A stretch of 64,000 bases of DNA, taken from Verrucomicrobiales bacterium (GTDB lineage Bacteria > Verrucomicrobiota > Verrucomicrobiia > Verrucomicrobiales > V1-33). Location: positions 64,001 through 128,000 of the forward strand of contig JANOAV010000035.1 of assembly GCA_031411295.1 (NCBI GenBank). The letters are read 5' to 3'. The notes beneath the pieces are model-generated. The model did not search any database. It saw only the letters and a list, made by a program, of their open reading frames with translations, and had not been told where the DNA came from. Below, one piece after another: positions 57,721 through 64,000 of this stretch. Each line of letters starts with the position of its first letter. Position 1 is the stretch's first letter. The translations under genes and the position numbers were made by a program.

Positions 57721-60700
57721 ATGAATCATGAAGGCCAGCAGACGGGTGAGACCGCTGAAACGGAGAATTTCGCGCAGCGTCGCGAGTTCGTCCGGCGTTC
57801 GGTGCTGCGGGCCAATCGGGCGGTGGGGTTGATTTTGGGGGTGGTGGTGCTACTGGGATTGGTGCTAGTAATTTTGGGACAGCAGGCACGGGAAAGCCAG
57901 CGGCGGGCGGAGCTGGCGGAACAGGGGGCGACAGACCGGCTCTGGAAGGCATCGCTGGAGCAGGCGCGGGCGCAAAATCTGGGCACAAAGGCGGGGCATC
58001 GGGAGGGCGCGCTGGAAGCGGTGCGCACGGCTGCGAAAATTCGCCCCTCAGTGGAGTTGCGCAACGAGGCCATCGCTGCGCTGTCCCAACGGGATCTGGT
58101 GCAAGAACGAGAATGGACCCTGCAACCGAAGGCCTATGGGACGGTGTTTGATCCGGAACTGAAATACTATGTGGAGCGTTATCAGGACCGGGTGCTCTCA
58201 CTCTTTCGGGTCGAGGATAACTCCCATGTGCATAATTTTCCCATGCCGTTTTTCTATCCCAAGAATGCGAATGTGGGGGACTATGTCTTTTCCTCCACGG
58301 GGAAGTATTTAGTGATCCGCTATAACGGCGGCGGGCTTACACTCTGGGATCCGCTCAAGGCGCAGATGCTGCGGGTATTGAATCTGGATCCCCGGGCGGC
58401 CCAATATTCCTGGCCGCCTTCGTTCAGCGCGGATGATCGACTGATGGGGTTGAGTATGAACGGAAGCGCAGGGTTCCAGATGGTGTATGATTTGGAAAAA
58501 GGGGAAGTGCGCCCACTGGGGGCCACGCCTGGAAAGCTTGCCTACCGCGGCGGTTTCAACTTCGTCCGCGTCAGCCCGCGCGGTGATCTCATTGCCGCTT
58601 GGGACACAAATATGATTTATGTTTTCGATGCGGTCACTGGGGAACTGCGACATTCCGTGCAGGGACAATCAACCATTGAGGCGATCGCGTGGGACTATCA
58701 GGGAAAGCGGCTCTCGTTGGCCTGCGATGATTGGTCAGTGTCAATCTGGGAACCCTCCGGAGGTCAGATGATGCAATTGAATGGCAAGGCACACCGCGCG
58801 TGGTTCCAAGAGTTCAGCCGTGACGGCAATCTGCTAGTGGCCTCCGGCATAGATGGCATGACGCGGCTGTGGGATGCGGTTTCGGGAAGGCTCGTGTGCG
58901 AGCAGGGCGGCCTGCTGGCTGCGAGGGTCTCACCAGATGGTCAGCGGATCGCAGGTGGCCGGCACCGCCAGACGTCGGGCATCTGGCGCGTAGAACAACC
59001 GGTGGCGCTGAAGTTGTTTCGTGGCGCGTGGGCAAAGCGTGCCACGGCATGGATGATGGACCTGACTGGCGATGGTCGGCGGGGCGTCTGGTCGCCACCG
59101 TGGTGGGTGGGGCAGAATGGCTACGAGGTTTTCGATTTTGAAAAAGGCACCAGCATTGTGCGCGCGGACAAGGATCGGTTATTCGCTGGATTTCGTCCCG
59201 GGCATGATCAGCTCTGGACGACCAGTGGCGGGGCGCTAAAATTTTACGACCTGCCAGCAGAAGGCACGGTGCCCGAGGCGGCCGCGCTGACGATGGCGTT
59301 GCCGAAAGGGATCAACGGCATTGTCGCCAGCTTCAACGCGGACGGACGCTATGTGGCGCTCTCCGGGCCGCAGCGGGCGCTTGCCGTCATGGATCTCAAT
59401 GCGCCGACGGCACCACCAGTCACATTGGAACGAGCATTTACCAGTGCCGACAGTTCGCTGCCCGGCCCCGCCTCCACCACTGGCGGCGGCCCACTGGCCA
59501 TGAGTCCCGACGCACGCTGGGTGGCTGCGGGAATGAATGTGGACGGCGGGCGTCCGGTGATTTGGGATGCTCATTCCGGCAGGATCGTGCAACGCTTGAA
59601 TTGCGCATTGGGTTATGTGACCTTCAGTCCGGACGGACTTTATCTCACAGTCGTGAGTTCAGCTCGCTTGGTGTGCTTTGCCATGGATGGCTGGAAACTG
59701 CTCTGGGAGCGGGAACGGGATCTACAGCAGAGTTATTGCGGCATAGCGGCGTTCAACGGAGATGGTTCACTGCTGGCGTGTTCGATGGGATCAGCGCGGG
59801 TCGTTTTCTACACGCTCCAGGGGGACGCGGTAGCGGAGTGGGACTTCCGCGATCTGCTGTATGTGGCCAACCTGCGTTTCGCTGCGGATGGCAGTCGCCT
59901 CTTCGCTGGCGGGCTGGAGGGCCGCATCGCCAGTGTGGACATGACCGCGCTGCGCCAAGTCTTGGCCACGCTGCAGCTCGACTGGCCATTGCGCGCCAGC
60001 ACCACCACTCCAACCGTGACCACTAGCAGCGGCACCAATGCCTGGGGTCCTGCGCTGTTAGGATTAATCTCGGTCGGCGTCGCTGCGGCGTTAGGAGCCC
60101 TGGTGCTGCGGCGGCAGCGGAGGCTCACCGGAGAGTTTGTGGAAACAACAGAACTCGCAGCGCGTCGGACGCAGGAACTGGCTGCCGAGAAAGAGGTGAG
60201 CGAATTAAAGAGTCGCTTCGTGACCACGGTCAGCCACGAATTCCGCACCCCGCTGGGCATCACCATGAGTGCCATCGAACTCCTGCGGCACTACGAAGAT
60301 CGCCTGCCACCGACGGAGAAGAAGCAACTTTTCGAGGACATTCATTCCTCTACCAAAAACATGGCCGGCCTCATGGAACAGGTCTTGCTACTGGGCCGCG
60401 TGGATGCAGGCAAGTTGGCCTACAAGCCCGTGCCGGTGGACCTTGACGCCTTGGCACGCAAGCTTACCGATGAGTCGCTCTCCGCCACCAACCGCAAGTG
60501 TCCCATCACATGGCAGGCAGAAAACGACCTCTCCGGGGCCCACGCGGACGAAGCACTGCTGCGGCATATTCTCACGAATCTGCTCAGCAACGCAGTGAAA
60601 TATTCCCCTGCCGAAGCTCTGGTTCATTTCCGCGCCCGACGCGAAGGACTCATGGCGGTATTTACCGTGCAGGACAGCGGCATTGGCATACCAGAGAAGG

Positions 60701-60879
60701 ATCTGCCCCAGTTGTTCGAAGCCTTCCATCGCGCCAGCAACGTGGGGGAAATCCCCGGCACTGGCCTTGGTCTCGTGCTCAGCAAACGTTGCGCAGATCT
60801 CCACAACGGCAGCATCCAAGTGAAATCCACCCCGGGCTCAGGCACCACATTCACCGTGCGCATTCCAGCGTGGGGGTGA
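57721..60879 (+). CDS. Orphan sensor histidine kinase with an extracytoplasmic WD40 beta-propeller (paralog of 52242-55409)
   Basis: Same architecture and shared motifs (IRPSVELRNEAIAAL, YSWPP.F.A.D, LPGPAS, SHEFRTPLGITMSA). Confidence 0.9.
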   Translation: MNHEGQQTGETAETENFAQRREFVRRSVLRANRAVGLILGVVVLLGLVLVILGQQARESQRRAELAEQGATDRLWKASLEQARAQNLGTKAGHREGALEAVRTAAKIRPSVELRNEAIAALSQRDLVQEREWTLQPKAYGTVFDPELKYYVERYQDRVLSLFRVEDNSHVHNFPMPFFYPKNANVGDYVFSSTGKYLVIRYNGGGLTLWDPLKAQMLRVLNLDPRAAQYSWPPSFSADDRLMGLSMNGSAGFQMVYDLEKGEVRPLGATPGKLAYRGGFNFVRVSPRGDLIAAWDTNMIYVFDAVTGELRHSVQGQSTIEAIAWDYQGKRLSLACDDWSVSIWEPSGGQMMQLNGKAHRAWFQEFSRDGNLLVASGIDGMTRLWDAVSGRLVCEQGGLLAARVSPDGQRIAGGRHRQTSGIWRVEQPVALKLFRGAWAKRATAWMMDLTGDGRRGVWSPPWWVGQNGYEVFDFEKGTSIVRADKDRLFAGFRPGHDQLWTTSGGALKFYDLPAEGTVPEAAALTMALPKGINGIVASFNADGRYVALSGPQRALAVMDLNAPTAPPVTLERAFTSADSSLPGPASTTGGGPLAMSPDARWVAAGMNVDGGRPVIWDAHSGRIVQRLNCALGYVTFSPDGLYLTVVSSARLVCFAMDGWKLLWERERDLQQSYCGIAAFNGDGSLLACSMGSARVVFYTLQGDAVAEWDFRDLLYVANLRFAADGSRLFAGGLEGRIASVDMTALRQVLATLQLDWPLRASTTTPTVTTSSGTNAWGPALLGLISVGVAAALGALVLRRQRRLTGEFVETTELAARRTQELAAEKEVSELKSRFVTTVSHEFRTPLGITMSAIELLRHYEDRLPPTEKKQLFEDIHSSTKNMAGLMEQVLLLGRVDAGKLAYKPVPVDLDALARKLTDESLSATNRKCPITWQAENDLSGAHADEALLRHILTNLLSNAVKYSPAEALVHFRARREGLMAVFTVQDSGIGIPEKDLPQLFEAFHRASNVGEIPGTGLGLVLSKRCADLHNGSIQVKSTPGSGTTFTVRIPAWG

Positions 60880-60906
60880 GCTGGCAAATCATCGTCCACC
60901 TGCGGG

Positions 60907-60970
60907 CTAAGACTAAAGTCGGATAAGATCGCACCATAAATACTCTCCTTATCCGACTGAGGTCCGATAC
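60907..60970 (+). promoter_or_regulatory. TCCGAC-box promoter module F
   Basis: Boxes 60907-60925 and 60950-60970; spacing 44 bp. Confidence 0.75.
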
Positions 60971-61052
60971 CCAAGTGGATCAAGGTGTGGGAAAGGTATC
61001 TCACGCCACCCGGCACACCCCAATTCATCAAAACAACAAAACTTACAACACC

Positions 61053-61676
61053 ATGAAACACCAAATAGTCCTTACTCTCGTGGCCTTCTCTGGCCTGCTT
61101 CACATGGCCCAGGCGGATCTCGTGATGGTCCAGGAAACCACCGTAGGCGAAATCAAGACACGCACCACGATGTCCCTCAAAGGCGAGCGCATGCGCACGG
61201 ACAGCAGCACGGAAACATCCGTCATCATCAACACCGCCACGGGCGATATGACGACCTTGGTGCATGAGCAAAAAATGGTCATGACCATGAATACTAAAAC
61301 CCTGAATGAGCCACTGCCAGTCGGGGTAAAACCCATCGAGATCACGCCGCCCAAGGTAACCGCCACCGGCAAGAAAGAAAAAGTCGATGGCTATGAGTGC
61401 GAAATCTACACCCTTGAGTCGATGGGCACGGTGGTGAAAATGTGGATGACCAAAGACTATCCTAATTTGGAGAAACTCAAAAAGCAGTTGGAACCTCTCC
61501 AAAAGATGGGCACCCCAGGAGCCCCGAAGCCCCCTGAAATTCCCGGCATGATGATCAAGTCGGAAAATGAGCAGGCCGGCCTGAAGTTTACCACCCGCCT
61601 CGTCAGCCTGGAGGAGAAGCCCGTCAGTGAAGAGACGTTTAAAGTCCCTGCTGATTACAAAGCCCCTGGCGCCTAA
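61053..61676 (+). CDS. Secreted DUF4412-like protein
   Basis: Signal peptide AQA; TGKKEKVDGYECEIY, MWMTKD and FKVPADYK motifs. Confidence 0.8.
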   Translation: MKHQIVLTLVAFSGLLHMAQADLVMVQETTVGEIKTRTTMSLKGERMRTDSSTETSVIINTATGDMTTLVHEQKMVMTMNTKTLNEPLPVGVKPIEITPPKVTATGKKEKVDGYECEIYTLESMGTVVKMWMTKDYPNLEKLKKQLEPLQKMGTPGAPKPPEIPGMMIKSENEQAGLKFTTRLVSLEEKPVSEETFKVPADYKAPGA

Positions 61677-61727
61677 TTCATTCAATTTCCATCAAACTAA
61701 AAACCGCTAACCACAACCTAACCTACT

Positions 61728-62015
61728 ATGAAAACACTCCAACTCCTCATTCTGTCCGTCGCCCTCACCAGCTCTGTCTTGGCCGATGGCAAAGTTGATT
61801 TCAAACCCGACGACACCACCGCCACGGTGCTCAAACGCCAAGAGGGCCAACGCGTCGAACTCCGCTTGAAATCAGGCGAAAAAATCAGCGGCAAAGTTGA
61901 AGCCCTCGGCCAAAAAGCCGTGCATCTCTCCGGTCTCGTCGGCCAGGAAATGTTCGATGCCGTCATCGCTCTCGACGATATCTCCGCCGTGGTGATCCGC
62001 ACCGCTTCGAAATAG
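61728..62015 (+). CDS. Small secreted hypothetical protein (Sm/SH3-like beta barrel)
   Basis: Signal peptide; GQRVELRLKSGEKISGKV...IALDDISAV. Confidence 0.7.
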   Translation: MKTLQLLILSVALTSSVLADGKVDFKPDDTTATVLKRQEGQRVELRLKSGEKISGKVEALGQKAVHLSGLVGQEMFDAVIALDDISAVVIRTASK

Positions 62016-62127
62016 TCGCCCCTCGCCCAAGCCGCCCCACACACAAGCGCCGACTGGCCTCCCGCTGGTCGGGGTTCTGTGCGTCCGACCTCTATTGACA
62101 ATTGCAAAAGATTCGACAGCAAAAACT

Positions 62128-62210
62128 GTAGACGTCGAGGTAACGAGACCTTCGCGAGGCCATGTAGAATAAGCGTTGCGTGGCGCTGGTCTCCTCACGT
62201 CGCCCTCCAC
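62128..62210. repeat. REP-like element (CGAGGTAACGAGACC family)
   Basis: GTAGACGTCGAGGTAACGAGACC...GGTCTCCTCACGTCGCCCTCCAC, homologous to 44458-44540. Confidence 0.7.
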
Positions 62211-62278
62211 GGTCAGGCCAGACCTTTTGCGAATGTCAATCTCGTGGGATTTCGTAACCGCAAGGTTCGTCTAAAGCA

Positions 62279-63538
62279 CTACAGCTTCACCCGTGGATCT
62301 TGCTTCCGGATCATTTCCACTGCAGCCGCATGATCTGCCACAATGCCCGCCTCCACCAACCAGGCCGCCAGGACCGTGGCTGAACGAAAAAGGCCCAACT
62401 GGCAATGCACGAGCACGGTGTGACTCTGATGATGGGTCCGGATAAACCCGATCGCCTCACGCACGGCAGCTTCCGGGGGCGGCACCAAATCGAGCAGCGG
62501 GACATTGCGATACGTTGCCCGTTCACGAAAGGCGTGCGGGGCGTTTCCTTCAGCGGTTAGGTCCAACACCGCCAACGGCCCCCGAGCCACCAGTTCGTCG
62601 GCTTCACGCTGCGTGTGTCGTCTGCCGAGCAATAATCCCGGGGAGATTTCATGGGCGGATGGACCTCCCAGATGCGGATGCTGGACGGCCCGCGCGATCA
62701 GAATCCATGGGAGCAGACACCACTCAGCGGCTGGTGAGAGGGTTCCGTTTTCTTTTCCCAAGAGGCGAGCATCGCGTCGGAGGTAAGCCAGAGCCACGAT
62801 GCCACAAGCAACTGCTGGCCAGCCAAACCAAAGCCACCCTCCGCCACACAGGGCGATGGCAGAAAATACCACGGCTAACGCACCTATCCGCAGAGCCATT
62901 CTGCGATGCGCGGGCGTGGCAGGTTCCACGCGACGTGGCGTTGCTGGAATAATCGCCTTGATCAGCCAGCCCATCAGGAAACCGCCTACGACATCGAGAA
63001 AGTGATGTTGCCACAGCAGCAGCGTGGAAATGCCGATGAGCACAAACCAAACTTTCACCACCGTCCGCAACCAGCCACGCAAGTGCCCTGCGTAAGCCAC
63101 CCAGACGATGGAACGCAAACTGATGTGCAACGAAGGAGCGAGATTGAAGGGCAGGTCGTTGGCATACAGGGCGCGAAACAACGGAGCCGTCCAACCGCTC
63201 GGCTCCGGTCGTTCCCAGCCAAACTTCATGGGAAAGAGCAGAAAGAAAATGGCGGTGGCCAAGACCACGACAATCAGTCGCGTGGTTAGTAATCGAAGCT
63301 CTGCGCGGGTGGCGCAGAGGAAAAACGCCCCACAGAAGAACAAATCCAGCGTCCAGTAGGGCACGACCAACCACGGGACGAATGGAAGGCTGCGCTCCCA
63401 CGCGAAATAGCATGTGCCCACATCCGTGCGGGTGGCGGTAAATTGATTGCACCCGCCATACACTAGGATAAAAACCGCCCCTGCCAAGGCGAGAGAACCC
63501 AGCGCACGCCAAAATAGTCCAGGTTCTCGCGCACTCAT
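62279..63538 (-). CDS. PAP2 / dual-specificity phosphatase fusion (YnbD-like)
   Basis: PFVPWLVVPYW, APSLHI, QHHFLDV; C-terminal VHCQLGLFRS (CX5R). Confidence 0.85.
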   Translation of the reverse strand: MSAREPGLFWRALGSLALAGAVFILVYGGCNQFTATRTDVGTCYFAWERSLPFVPWLVVPYWTLDLFFCGAFFLCATRAELRLLTTRLIVVVLATAIFFLLFPMKFGWERPEPSGWTAPLFRALYANDLPFNLAPSLHISLRSIVWVAYAGHLRGWLRTVVKVWFVLIGISTLLLWQHHFLDVVGGFLMGWLIKAIIPATPRRVEPATPAHRRMALRIGALAVVFSAIALCGGGWLWFGWPAVACGIVALAYLRRDARLLGKENGTLSPAAEWCLLPWILIARAVQHPHLGGPSAHEISPGLLLGRRHTQREADELVARGPLAVLDLTAEGNAPHAFRERATYRNVPLLDLVPPPEAAVREAIGFIRTHHQSHTVLVHCQLGLFRSATVLAAWLVEAGIVADHAAAVEMIRKQDPRVKL

Positions 63539-64000
63539 TTTTGTGCCATGGACACCGTGAAGATTCCGAAATCATCGGTCCATTGCCGCACCTTGCTGAA
63601 GCCAGGCTCGCGCACGAGCGCATCCATTTCTCCCTGCGGCCGACGACGCATGATCCAGGGTTTTCCATCGCGATTCGTCAGCGTGCGGGCGATCATTTCC
63701 ACTTGGGGATGCCAGGGTTGCCCCGTGTAAATGAGCCAGCCTCCGACGGGCAACGCAGCATAAATTCCACGCAGCGAACGCCGCAGCGGCTCGTTGTCAG
63801 GAAATAATTCGTAGAGACCGGAAACCACCACCACCAAAGGCTGGGGACTCACCGTGGCCAGGGAGGACTCATTGAAGGCGTCGCCTCGCTCGTGCGTGAT
63901 GCGATCGGCTAGTCCGCGTTCCGTGGCATTGGCGCGACCGGTCGCCAGGGCGGATTCGCTCCAGTCGCGACACAGTATCGTGAGGTCCGTTCCTTCGGTT
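63535..64000 (-). CDS. YnbC-like SAM-dependent methyltransferase, 3' part (runs off the window)
   Basis: VVSGLYELFPDN, YTGQPWHPQVEMIAR, WIMRRRPQGEMD and GIFTVSMA motifs; upstream of the ynbD-like gene. Confidence 0.85.
   Translation of the reverse strand, partial: TEGTDLTILCRDWSESALATGRANATERGLADRITHERGDAFNESSLATVSPQPLVVVVSGLYELFPDNEPLRRSLRGIYAALPVGGWLIYTGQPWHPQVEMIARTLTNRDGKPWIMRRRPQGEMDALVREPGFSKVRQWTDDFGIFTVSMAQK

Noticed and set aside
43184..60970. CRISPR array or integron attC sites as the explanation for the TCCGAC repeats
   Set aside because: The repeats occur in groups of one to three upstream of genes, spacers are similar between some groups, and no cas or integrase gene is present.
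1..64000. tRNA/rRNA genes and the many long antisense ORFs in the ORF track
   Set aside because: No tRNA or rRNA signatures were seen; the antisense ORFs are shadows of GC-rich coding genes.

Overview
This is a GC-rich bacterial chromosomal window, very likely Verrucomicrobiota (PVC-type heme-binding dehydrogenase, CPXCG protein, SHD1-like protein, GTAG-type REP palindromes). Positions 1-40 kb hold mostly housekeeping genes (ribD, gmhB, dnaJ, grpE, rplY, pta-like, acs, mazG, alaS, serS), one complete two-component system, an Rpn nuclease and a MITE. Positions 40.5-62 kb form an accessory island of three orphan sensor histidine kinases interleaved with secreted and membrane protein genes. Three observations stand out. 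(1) alaS carries a complete REP-associated tyrosine transposase (RAYT) domain, with its flanking REP hairpins, inserted in frame inside the synthetase. (2) A palindromic box (TATCCGACTAAAGTCGGATA-like) recurs 17 times with fixed 43-45 and 31 bp spacings in front of nearly every island transcription unit. (3) A ~160-nt highly structured 5' leader RNA is duplicated in front of two unrelated secreted beta-propeller genes. Product calls come from reading sequence motifs only; no database searches were run.
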